A DNA stretch of 64,000 nucleotides, from the NCBI GenBank assembly GCA_945859975.1, contig CAMAPH010000009.1, positions 14,598-78,597 on the forward strand, written 5' to 3'. The notes beneath the pieces are model-generated. The model was not told the origin of the DNA. It did not search any database and saw nothing but the letters and a program-made list of their open reading frames with translations. Both the position numbers and the translations under genes were made by a program. This document shows positions 46,307 through 55,142 of the stretch, piece by piece (within the stretch, counting starts at the first letter, position 1; each line of letters opens with the position of its first letter). This stretch comes from Chthonomonas calidirosea. Lineage in GTDB: Bacteria > Armatimonadota > Fimbriimonadia > Fimbriimonadales > Fimbriimonadaceae.

Positions 46307-48750
46307 TGCCCGAAGACACCCTCACCGAAGTTATCCTCCCGGTCATCGAAGAAGAGGAATCCGTTAGCGAAGACTTGCCCACCCCAGATGTTGAAGACGG
46401 GACGGAGCAGGAAGCTAAGCCGGACGTTCCGAGCATTCTGAACATTCTTCCGTTGCGCGATAGCGTCATCTATCCAATGCTGATTGCCCCGCTTTCGGTC
46501 GGGCGCGATGCCGGAGTTCAGTTGGTCGACGAGAGCGTGGTTGGCAACAACCGCATTATCGGCGTGGTCGCGCAGAAGGACCCGCAGATGGACCAGCCGG
46601 GGTTTGACGATGTCTATCAGTACGGTTGCGCCGTCATTATTCGAACCCTCGTCAAGATGCCCGACGCAACTCGGTTGATCGTTCAGGGAGTATCGCGCTT
46701 CCGAATCATCGAGCAGGTTCAGGATCAGCCGTATCTCACTGCGCGCATCGAGGTCATCGAAGACATTCAGCCGGGCCCGGACAGAGCGGAAGAAATCGAA
46801 GCCCTTCGCCGATCGATCGCTGCGCTGTTTGAGCAAGCGATTCGTTTGTCGCCAAACCTCCCGGATGAGCTCCGGTCTCTGACTCAGGCGGTCAAAGAAA
46901 CGAACGTCATGGCCGACCTGGTTGCGGCGCATATGACGCTGACCCTTGAGGACAAGCAGCGGATTCTTGAGATTTCGGATGTCGAAGAACGTCTTCGCCT
47001 TCTTTTGGAATTGCTCGTCAAAGAAGTTCGGGTCCTAGAACTCACGAGCAAAGTACAAAGCGAAGTCAATACTGAACTCAGCAAGACCCAGCGCGACTAC
47101 TACCTCCGCGAGCAGCTCAAGGCCATCCAGCGTGAGCTCGGCGAATCGGACGACCGCGGCGAAGAGTTGGAAGAACTCCAAGGCAGAATCCTTGAAGCGA
47201 ACTTGCCCGAGGCCGCGCTCAAGGAAGTCAACCGTGAGTTCGATCGACTTCGACGTATGAACCCTGGCGCACCGGAATACACCGTGGCGCGGACTTACGT
47301 CGACACGATGGTCTCCTTGCCGTGGAACACCACCACCGTCGACCGCCTAGAACTCGCGAACGTCAAGGAAGTTCTGGACGCCGACCATTACGGCCTCGCC
47401 CAGATTAAGGACCGAATCATCGAGTTTCTGGCCGTCCGAAAGGTCAAAACCACCGGCACGATTCGGCAGCCGATCCTCTGCTTCGTCGGCCCTCCCGGCG
47501 TCGGAAAGACCTCGCTGGGCCGCAGCATTGCCACCGCGATGGACCGCAAGTACGCGCGCATCAGCCTTGGCGGCATGCGGGACGAAGCCGAGATTCGCGG
47601 CCACCGTCGCACCTACATCGGCGCGATGCCCGGTCAGCTCATGCAGGCCCTGCGCCGAGTCGAAAGCGGCAACCCAGTCATGGTGCTTGACGAGATCGAC
47701 AAGCTCGGCAACGACTTCCGCGGCGACCCCTCGTCGGCGCTGCTCGAAGTGCTCGATCCCGAGCAGAACATCACCTTCCGCGACCATTACGTGGACGTTC
47801 CGTTCGACCTGAGCCGCGTGTTCTTCATCGCAACCGCCAACCGGCTGGACACGATTCCTGCGCCATTGCGCGACCGAATGGAGATCATCGAACTCGGCGG
47901 TTACACCGAAGAAGAGAAGATCGAAATTGCGGTACGCCACCTCGTGCCAAAGCAAGTCGAAGAGCACGGGCTTCGTCCAACCCAAATCGCGTTCAAGCGC
48001 GAGGCGATTCAAAAGATCGTCCGGCACTACACCCGCGAAGCTGGGGTGCGAAACCTGGAGCGAGAGATTGGTACGGTCACCCGAAAAGTCACGCGCCGGT
48101 TTGCCGAGGGCAACAAAGCAAAGATCAACGTGACGACGAAATACGTGGAAACCGCGCTCGGCGCCCCGCGATTCATCCACGACGAGGTTTTGGAACGCGA
48201 GTTGAATCCGGGAACGGCAGTCGGCCTTGCCTGGACGCCGGTCGGTGGAGACATTCTCTTCATCGAAAGCGCGAAGATGCCCGGTACCCGGGGCCTGATC
48301 GTGACCGGACAACTCGGCGATGTGATGAAAGAGTCCATCACCGCTGCGATGAGCTATGCGCGAAGTAATGCGGTTAAGCTCAAGTTGGACCTGTCCAACT
48401 TGGATAAAACGGAGATTCACGTTCACGTTCCAGCGGGTGCGGTTCCCAAGGACGGCCCCAGCGCGGGCGTCACGATGCTGACCGCGCTCACTTCGCTGTT
48501 TAGCGATCGACCGGTGAAGAAGCGATTGGCAATGACGGGAGAAATTACGCTCTCGGGCCAGGTGCTGCCGGTGGGTGGGATTAAGGAGAAGGTTCTAGCG
48601 GCGTTCCGCGCGGGCGTGGACACCCTGATTCTTCCGGATCAGAACCAAAAGGACTACCTTGAGGACGTTCCGTCCGAAATCCGCGAGAAGCTAACGGTGC
48701 ACTTCGTGAAGCACGCCGACCAGGTTTTGAAGCTCGCCCTAGAAAAGTAG
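46306..48750 (+). CDS. lon: ATP-dependent protease La
   Basis: LPLRD N-domain, [29 protein letters not shown] and GGIKEK motifs. Confidence 0.98.
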   Translation: MPEDTLTEVILPVIEEEESVSEDLPTPDVEDGTEQEAKPDVPSILNILPLRDSVIYPMLIAPLSVGRDAGVQLVDESVVGNNRIIGVVAQKDPQMDQPGFDDVYQYGCAVIIRTLVKMPDATRLIVQGVSRFRIIEQVQDQPYLTARIEVIEDIQPGPDRAEEIEALRRSIAALFEQAIRLSPNLPDELRSLTQAVKETNVMADLVAAHMTLTLEDKQRILEISDVEERLRLLLELLVKEVRVLELTSKVQSEVNTELSKTQRDYYLREQLKAIQRELGESDDRGEELEELQGRILEANLPEAALKEVNREFDRLRRMNPGAPEYTVARTYVDTMVSLPWNTTTVDRLELANVKEVLDADHYGLAQIKDRIIEFLAVRKVKTTGTIRQPILCFVGPPGVGKTSLGRSIATAMDRKYARISLGGMRDEAEIRGHRRTYIGAMPGQLMQALRRVESGNPVMVLDEIDKLGNDFRGDPSSALLEVLDPEQNITFRDHYVDVPFDLSRVFFIATANRLDTIPAPLRDRMEIIELGGYTEEEKIEIAVRHLVPKQVEEHGLRPTQIAFKREAIQKIVRHYTREAGVRNLEREIGTVTRKVTRRFAEGNKAKINVTTKYVETALGAPRFIHDEVLERELNPGTAVGLAWTPVGGDILFIESAKMPGTRGLIVTGQLGDVMKESITAAMSYARSNAVKLKLDLSNLDKTEIHVHVPAGAVPKDGPSAGVTMLTALTSLFSDRPVKKRLAMTGEITLSGQVLPVGGIKEKVLAAFRAGVDTLILPDQNQKDYLEDVPSEIREKLTVHFVKHADQVLKLALEK

Positions 48751-48784
48751 GACTAATTCCCTCGTGACATGCGTCTAACGAGGG

Positions 48785-49276
48785 ATGATCCTTTTCGCGC
48801 TGCACTTGATGCCAGATATCAAGCAGATCAATATCAACGTGCTTGAGTACGAAGTTTCGCCAAAGTTCGAACTCACGGAAGTGAGCGTGACGCGTTCGAA
48901 GGACAACACCGTCCGCGCCGTTGTCGACACCGCGAAGATCACGAAGTCGATTCAGTCGCTCGTCGACTTACGGCGCGCAAAGAAGGTTGCCGATACTTCC
49001 GTACGAACCATCTCGGACAAACCGGCCGGCTGGGGTCCGTCGAGTTCTTCAACACTTGAGGTCACCAAGACGTGGAAGTTTCTGCCGAGCCCTACGGCGG
49101 AAGGAATCAAGCTTGACGCCAGCGTCGAGCGCGCCTATGGACCTAAGAGCGTTACGCACGAGATCAAAACCGTGCTAAAAACTGGCAAGTCCTTCACCCT
49201 CACGGTGACCGATGCCGACGGCAAGCGCCGGCTTGTCATTGTCACCCCGACCTTAGTTCCCGATGTACTCTTCTAG
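48785..49276 (+). CDS. Hypothetical protein
   Basis: 163-aa ORF filling the gap, beta-rich composition. Confidence 0.6.
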   Translation: MILFALHLMPDIKQININVLEYEVSPKFELTEVSVTRSKDNTVRAVVDTAKITKSIQSLVDLRRAKKVADTSVRTISDKPAGWGPSSSSTLEVTKTWKFLPSPTAEGIKLDASVERAYGPKSVTHEIKTVLKTGKSFTLTVTDADGKRRLVIVTPTLVPDVLF

Positions 49277-50872
49277 TCGAAGGCAGTCTGCCTTCGTCGG
49301 ATCGGAGAACACATCCAAGGCCCGAATCAACGCAACCGCGGTGTCGATCGACGTCACGCACGGCACCCCGGTTTCAATGCATGCCCGCCGAATTCGAGCG
49401 GCCTCGCTTTCGGCGGTCTCGTTCAGGCTCGGGGTGTTGATCATCAGCGAGATCCGCCCCGACATGATCGCTTCCAGAATGCTCGGCGATCCATTTTGAA
49501 TCTTCCTCAGAATCTCGCACTCGATTCCGTTTTCGATTAAGTACTTAGCGGTACCCGGTGTCGCGGCAATAGAGTGACCGGAGGCTTTCAGCCCTTGCGC
49601 GATTTCCAAGGCACGTTCCTTATCTCCGTTCTTAACGGTCAAGCAGACGAGGCCATCGCCCTTAAAGTGGATGCCGCTACCGATCATGGCTTTATAAAGT
49701 GCCCCTTCAAAGGTGCGGTCCATTCCGAGAATTTCGCCGGTGGACTTCATTTCCGGTCCGAGCGAAGGCTCAACTTTCGCGAGCTTCTGGAAGCTGAATA
49801 CCGGTGCCTTGATCGCAAAGAAACCAACTTCCGGCGGCGTCCAGTTGCCTTCGGCAAGCTCAGTTTCGCCGATGAGGCCAGCTTTCGGACTCCAGAGTCC
49901 GCTGCCAAAGCCCAGATCTTTCAGGTTCTGTCCCATCATGCAACGGGTGGCCAGATCGACCATGTTTACGCCGGTGACCTTGCTGAGGTACGGCACGGTT
50001 CGGCTGGCGCGTGGGTTCACTTCGAGGACGTAAGGAACGTTGTCCACGATGACGAACTGGATGTTCATGAGACCATGAACGCCGAGGGCTCGCGCGATCT
50101 TCGCCGCACTCAGCACCATTTCGGCCTGAATCTCTGGGCTGAGCGAAATCGGTGGATAGACCGCCATCGAGTCACCACTGTGGATACCAGCGCGCTCGAT
50201 GTGCTCCATGATTCCTGGCACCAGCGTATCAACGCCGTCCGAAATCACATCGACTTCCGCTTCCTTTCCAAGCAGGTACTGGTCGACCAGAACCGGCTGG
50301 CCAGGATTGGCGTCTTCCGCTTCCTGATAAAAGTTCTGGAGTTGGCTTTCGGAGAAGACGATCTCCATTGCTCGGCCACCAAGCACGAATGAAGGCCGAA
50401 CCAGGACCGGATAGCCAATCTCTGCAGCCGCTTCGCGGGCTTCTGCGAGGGATCGAACCGCCTTTCCATTTGGCCGGCGGATACCGAGCCCTTCCAAGAG
50501 CGCCTCGAACTGCTCGCGGTCTTCGGCCATGGCGATCGCTTTGGGCGAGGTACCGAGAACCTGAACGCCTTCTTTGGATAAGCCCTCCGCCAAGTTGATC
50601 GCGGTTTGACCACCGAATTGACACACTACGCCGATGGGGTTTTCGTGCGCAATCACGTCCTGAACGTCTTCCAACGTCACCGGCTCAAAGTAAAGGCCAT
50701 CTCCGGTATCGAAGTCGGTGCTGACCGTTTCTGGGTTGTTGTTGATGATAATCGCTCGGTAGCCCATCTTTCGAAGGGACCAAACGCAGTGGACACAAGA
50801 GTAATCAAACTCGATCCCCTGACCAATTCGAATCGGGCCTGACCCGAGAACGAGGACCGTCTGCTTCATCAA
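49253..50872 (-). CDS. carB: Carbamoyl-phosphate synthase large subunit, C-terminal half only (ATP-grasp 2 + MGS)
   Basis: Begins at VLVLGSGPIRIGQGIEFDY. Contains NPETVSTDFD, EVNPRASRTVP, LGPEMKSTGE and an MGS domain. 539 aa. Confidence 0.92.
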   Translation of the reverse strand: MMKQTVLVLGSGPIRIGQGIEFDYSCVHCVWSLRKMGYRAIIINNNPETVSTDFDTGDGLYFEPVTLEDVQDVIAHENPIGVVCQFGGQTAINLAEGLSKEGVQVLGTSPKAIAMAEDREQFEALLEGLGIRRPNGKAVRSLAEAREAAAEIGYPVLVRPSFVLGGRAMEIVFSESQLQNFYQEAEDANPGQPVLVDQYLLGKEAEVDVISDGVDTLVPGIMEHIERAGIHSGDSMAVYPPISLSPEIQAEMVLSAAKIARALGVHGLMNIQFVIVDNVPYVLEVNPRASRTVPYLSKVTGVNMVDLATRCMMGQNLKDLGFGSGLWSPKAGLIGETELAEGNWTPPEVGFFAIKAPVFSFQKLAKVEPSLGPEMKSTGEILGMDRTFEGALYKAMIGSGIHFKGDGLVCLTVKNGDKERALEIAQGLKASGHSIAATPGTAKYLIENGIECEILRKIQNGSPSILEAIMSGRISLMINTPSLNETAESEAARIRRACIETGVPCVTSIDTAVALIRALDVFSDPTKADCLRLEEYIGN

Positions 50873-50893
50873 AAGATCAGGGTACCAGCCGCG

Positions 50894-51472
50894 CTACTTT
50901 TGAGTTCGCAGTTGCAGGCACTCTTGATGTCGAAAACAGTCCGTCGTATGATCGTTCACGAGTCCGGTGGCTTGCGCCATGGCGTAAATGATCGTCGGGC
51001 CAACAAACTTAAAGCCCCGCTTCAGGAGATCTTTGCTGATCGCTTCCGAAATGCTGCTCTTCGCGGGAAGGTCTCGCATCGACTTAAACTCATTATTGAT
51101 GGGCTGGCCATCGGTCCAGCTCCACCAGTAGTTCGAAAAGGAACCTTGCTCAGCGACAAGGTCGATTAGCTTTTGCGCATTGAGCCGAGTGCTCGCAACC
51201 TTTGCTCGGTTCCGAACAATCTCGCCCGTCAGCAGAACTTCAGCCAGTTCGTCATCGGTCATTTCCGCGACCCTAGAAATCTCGAAATCGTGGAAGGCGC
51301 GACGATATCCTTCCCGCTTCTTGAGCACGGTCAGCCAACTGAGGCCCGCTTGGCCACCCTCAAGGGTGAGGAGCTCAAACAGGACGCGATCATCAAAAAC
51401 GGGGACGCCCCACTCGGCATCGTGGTAGGCGATTTCGAGCTCGTGCTTTGGCCATGCGCAGCGATGAATCAT
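50894..51472 (-). CDS. tag: DNA-3-methyladenine glycosylase I
   Basis: RCAW, YHDAEWG, QAGLSW, GFKFVGPT and VNDHTTDC motifs. Confidence 0.95.
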   Translation of the reverse strand: MIHRCAWPKHELEIAYHDAEWGVPVFDDRVLFELLTLEGGQAGLSWLTVLKKREGYRRAFHDFEISRVAEMTDDELAEVLLTGEIVRNRAKVASTRLNAQKLIDLVAEQGSFSNYWWSWTDGQPINNEFKSMRDLPAKSSISEAISKDLLKRGFKFVGPTIIYAMAQATGLVNDHTTDCFRHQECLQLRTQK

Positions 51473-52674
51473 TTGCATTCCATTCCGCGCTGGGTGAGCA
51501 TTTCCTTTACCGAGTTAAGGTGAGCAAGATCGCGAGTTTCAACCGTACATTCGACTTCCACGGTCGACACATCGGCGCTGGCAAATGCTCGGTCGTGGAT
51601 GATTTGCTTGACGGAAGCTCCCGATTCGGCAAGCACGGCCGCGAGTTTTGCAAGTCCGCCAGGACGGTCGGAGATCACGGTGCGGAAGCGAGCGAGTCGG
51701 CCATCGGCGACCAAACCGTATTCGATCACGCGGCCAAGAACGGCGGGGTCAATATTGCCACCGCACAAGATCAACACAACCGTCTTTCCAATGAGGTGCG
51801 GCACCTTGTTCGCTAAGATCGCCGCGAGCGACGAGGCGCCGCCGCCCTCGACGACTCCTTTTTCCAGTTCCAAAAGTCGAAGGATCGAGAGGGCAATCGA
51901 CTCCTCGTCGACCTGCACAACGGAATCAACCACTTTCTGCGCGATTCCAAATGCGCGTTCGCCGACGGTAGGGACACTTAAGCCATCCGCGAGACTTGGC
52001 TTCATGCCGCAGAGAACGGGGCCGCCGTGCTTCATTGCGGCGGTGTACGTGGCGGCGTTTTCGGGCTCAACGCCAATGATCTCGATGCCTGGACGCATGG
52101 TCTTCATCGCGAGTCCCACTCCGGCAATCAGACCAGCGCCGCCGATCGGTATCAGCACAGCATCGGCATCCGGCACCTGCTCCATGATTTCCAAGCCGAT
52201 GGTGCCTTGGCCGACGATGACTTCGGCCGAGTCAAATCCGTGAACATAGGTCAGGCCCTCTTTCTCGACAAACTCGTCGGCAAGCTCTTTGGCTTCCCCG
52301 ATGTTCTGGCCAAATAGCTCAACTCGGGCACCGTATCCTCGGCAACGCGATTGTTTCACCAGCGGCGAAAAGATCGGCATCACCACCGTGACCGGAATGC
52401 CGAGATCTCGACCGTGATAGCTCAAAGCAAGGGCATGGTTGCCCGCCGAAGCCGCAACAACGCCACGTTGGCGCTGCTCGGGGCTCAACTGCAAAAGGGC
52501 GTTCCGCGCGCCCCGTTCTTTGAATGAACCGGTGCGCTGCAAATACTCCAGCTTGGTAAAAACGCGATAGCCGGTTAGTTCCGAAAGCGCCGATGACTCT
52601 CGGCAAGGTGTTGTCAGAATGCCGCTAGCGATTCGCGAACGTGCGGCGACAATCTGATCAAAGGAAGGCTCCAT
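51469..52674 (-). CDS. ilvA: Threonine ammonia-lyase with a single ACT domain
   Basis: LQRTGSFKERG, ASAGNHA, GQGT, GGNID and DRPGGL motifs. Confidence 0.93.
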   Translation of the reverse strand: MEPSFDQIVAARSRIASGILTTPCRESSALSELTGYRVFTKLEYLQRTGSFKERGARNALLQLSPEQRQRGVVAASAGNHALALSYHGRDLGIPVTVVMPIFSPLVKQSRCRGYGARVELFGQNIGEAKELADEFVEKEGLTYVHGFDSAEVIVGQGTIGLEIMEQVPDADAVLIPIGGAGLIAGVGLAMKTMRPGIEIIGVEPENAATYTAAMKHGGPVLCGMKPSLADGLSVPTVGERAFGIAQKVVDSVVQVDEESIALSILRLLELEKGVVEGGGASSLAAILANKVPHLIGKTVVLILCGGNIDPAVLGRVIEYGLVADGRLARFRTVISDRPGGLAKLAAVLAESGASVKQIIHDRAFASADVSTVEVECTVETRDLAHLNSVKEMLTQRGMECK

Positions 52675-52784
52675 GGATGACAGTGAGTCTACGCCGAGTT
52701 TTCTTTATCTGCACGTCTAGGACCTCGGAACTATCTTTGTCCCGCGCTCAGTATTTCCATCACATACTGGGAGCGAGGCAAGAA

Positions 52785-53390
52785 ATGGATCAAAGCAAGA
52801 TTAGTTTGGCGGAGGCACTACGAGTTCTGCGACTGCGATTGAAGCGAGAAGCAGGTGCGGAACAACAGCAAATTGACCGAGAGCAGTTGAAGAATATGCT
52901 CGGTATAGATGACGAGACTTTGAACGGTCTTCTCGAATCTGCGGCGCAGACCGACCGATTCGGTTTCGACCGATCTGCACGGCTCAGCCTGGGCCTTGCC
53001 GCCACGGCGTTTGCCCTCTTTACGCTCCTAGGCGGCGGTACGCGAATCACGAGCAACTTTGACAATCGACCTACGCGGGTGAGTGAAGCTAGAGAGAGCG
53101 AGGTTCATGTGATCGCTCTTGGTCCGGAAGGTATGCCAGTGGAAATCGTCGCTCCCGCAGAAGCACCCCGACCGCCAAAGCCTCCGATGAATCACGAAAC
53201 CTTTGCAGAAGTCGATAGGGCTCTTGCGGAAGTTGAAGTCGCCCGAGCGGAGGCAGAAGCGGAAAAGGCCATCGCCGAAGCGGCGGCCGCCGAGGCCGCA
53301 ATCGCGGGCGTCGAAGCAGCGACGGAACGATCTGTGATCAAGACCTCTATTTCGCGAGACAAGGCGGTAATCACCGTCCGAAGCCTCTGA
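52785..53390 (+). CDS. Hypothetical membrane protein
   Basis: Central hydrophobic helix, Pro-rich linker and Ala/Glu-rich tail. Confidence 0.65.
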   Translation: MDQSKISLAEALRVLRLRLKREAGAEQQQIDREQLKNMLGIDDETLNGLLESAAQTDRFGFDRSARLSLGLAATAFALFTLLGGGTRITSNFDNRPTRVSEARESEVHVIALGPEGMPVEIVAPAEAPRPPKPPMNHETFAEVDRALAEVEVARAEAEAEKAIAEAAAAEAAIAGVEAATERSVIKTSISRDKAVITVRSL

Positions 53391-53396
53391 TCTTGC

Positions 53397-55082
53397 TTAG
53401 CGGATATTAAAGTACTTCGCCTCGGGGTGATGAACAATGATCGCGCTGGTGCTTTGCTCGGGCACCAGCATGAACTCCTCGCTCAGTTCCAAACCAATCT
53501 GCTCTGGTTTGAGCAGTTCGAAGAGCTTGGATTGATCCTCCAAGTTTGGACACGCCGGATATCCGAACGAGTAGCGCGAGCCATGGTATTTCGCGCTAAA
53601 CATCAGACGAAAATCGTCCGGCTCCTGGTCGCCTATCCCCATTTCTAGGCGGATCTGGCGATGCCAGTACTCGGCCAGCGCCTCGGCCGTCTCCACGCCC
53701 ATGCCGTGCACAAACAGGTAGTCCTGATAGTTGCCGTCGGCAAACAGCTTTTGCTCATGTTCGGAAATCTTTTTGCCGACCGTCACGACGTGGAAACCAA
53801 CGGTGTCTGGCGCCTCCCCGACCGGGCGGAAGAAATCGCTAAGGCAGAGGTTTCGATGGTCCCGTTGACGCGGGAACGAAAACCGCATTCGCTCCGTTTT
53901 TTCGTCCTCTTCGTAGATGATGAGGTCGTTGCCTTCTGAGTTGCAGGGGAAATAGCCCCAGACCACTTTGGGTTCAAGCACCCGCGCAAGTTCGCGCTGA
54001 AGCCGCTCGAACACCGGTCGAGCTTGGGCATCCAGCCAGGCGGTGAACTCCACGTTGCCCATTCCTTCCGGACGCTTGAACTGCCACTGTCCCCGGAAAA
54101 GCGCAATCGGGTTGATGTATTTGTAGAGCTCGAAAATGTCGAAGTTCGTGTGCCGCTTTGCTCCGTAAAAAGGCAGCGCGGGTGATTCCGCTAGAGGCAC
54201 GACATCCGATCGGATGCCGTCAAAAACGTAAAGAGACGGGTCGAGAACGTCGAGCCGGTGACTTCGAACTCGCTCGACGGGAACGTCTTCGGTTTCAACC
54301 TCTGGCGCGGATTCGTGCGCCGTCGCGGCGATCTCTTCCATCACCCGCAAGCCTTCAAAGGCATCTTGGGCGTAAAAGACCTTGCCTTCGTATAGGTTTC
54401 GGAGATCTTGTTCTACATATGAGCGCGTCAAGGCCGCTCCGCCAAGAATCACCGGTACGTGAGAAAGGTTCCGGCTGTTCATTTCCAGCAGGTTCTCTTT
54501 CATGATCAGCGTCGACTTCACGAGCAGGCCGCTGAGGCCGATGACCTGGCAACCGCTTTCTCGGTACTTGTCGAGAATCGTGTTAATCGGCTGCTTAATA
54601 CCGATGTTCACCACCCGGTAACCGTTGTTGCTGAGGATGATATCGACGAGGTTCTTGCCGATGTCGTGCACGTCACCGGCAACCGTCGCCAGCAGGATCG
54701 AGCCCTTTTCACTTCCCTCGACCCGCTCCATGAGCGGCTCCAGGAATCGAACCGCCGTCTTCATGACTTCCGCGCTCTGCAAGACAAATGGCAACTGCAT
54801 CTTGCCGGAACCGAAGAGTTCTCCAACGGTTTTCATCCCGTCCAACAAAATATCGTTGATGATTGCGAGCGGAGTATAGGTCTCGAGCGCGGTGTGGAGG
54901 CGGGAATCGAGCCCTTTCTTGACGCCGTTGATGATGTGCTTCTTCAGCTGGTCTTCGATTGTGAGTCCAGCAAAGGCGTCGGTAGCATCGCTGCTGGCCC
55001 GGACGTTCTCGAATCGAGACATCAGCTCGATGAGGGGATCATATGTACAAACTCGCTGCTGATCGCTTCCCGAACCTGGCAC
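53397..55082 (-). CDS. metH: Cobalamin-dependent methionine synthase, C-terminal half (cap + B12-binding + SAM reactivation domains)
   Basis: GELFGSGKMQLPFVLQSA, GDVHDIGKN, SGLL, GGAA, RYSFGYPACP and PEQSTSA motifs. Homocysteine and pterin domains are absent; an in-frame stop lies at 55104-55106. Confidence 0.9.
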   Translation of the reverse strand: MPGSGSDQQRVCTYDPLIELMSRFENVRASSDATDAFAGLTIEDQLKKHIINGVKKGLDSRLHTALETYTPLAIINDILLDGMKTVGELFGSGKMQLPFVLQSAEVMKTAVRFLEPLMERVEGSEKGSILLATVAGDVHDIGKNLVDIILSNNGYRVVNIGIKQPINTILDKYRESGCQVIGLSGLLVKSTLIMKENLLEMNSRNLSHVPVILGGAALTRSYVEQDLRNLYEGKVFYAQDAFEGLRVMEEIAATAHESAPEVETEDVPVERVRSHRLDVLDPSLYVFDGIRSDVVPLAESPALPFYGAKRHTNFDIFELYKYINPIALFRGQWQFKRPEGMGNVEFTAWLDAQARPVFERLQRELARVLEPKVVWGYFPCNSEGNDLIIYEEDEKTERMRFSFPRQRDHRNLCLSDFFRPVGEAPDTVGFHVVTVGKKISEHEQKLFADGNYQDYLFVHGMGVETAEALAEYWHRQIRLEMGIGDQEPDDFRLMFSAKYHGSRYSFGYPACPNLEDQSKLFELLKPEQIGLELSEEFMLVPEQSTSAIIVHHPEAKYFNIR

Positions 55083-55142
55083 TGCTAACGAGAATACCGG
55101 TTCCTAACCTTTCGGTCCCATTTGGGCACCTTTTGGAATCGT

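Noticed and set aside
47347..48426. Long antisense or alternative-frame ORFs (also 57084..57989, 44925..45941, 49574..50392, 12641..13387)
   Set aside because: They are shadow ORFs of well-supported genes in GC-rich DNA and have no recognisable motifs.
55083..55142. Cobalamin or SAM riboswitch upstream of metH
   Set aside because: The gap is only about 60 bp and contains no recognisable motif.
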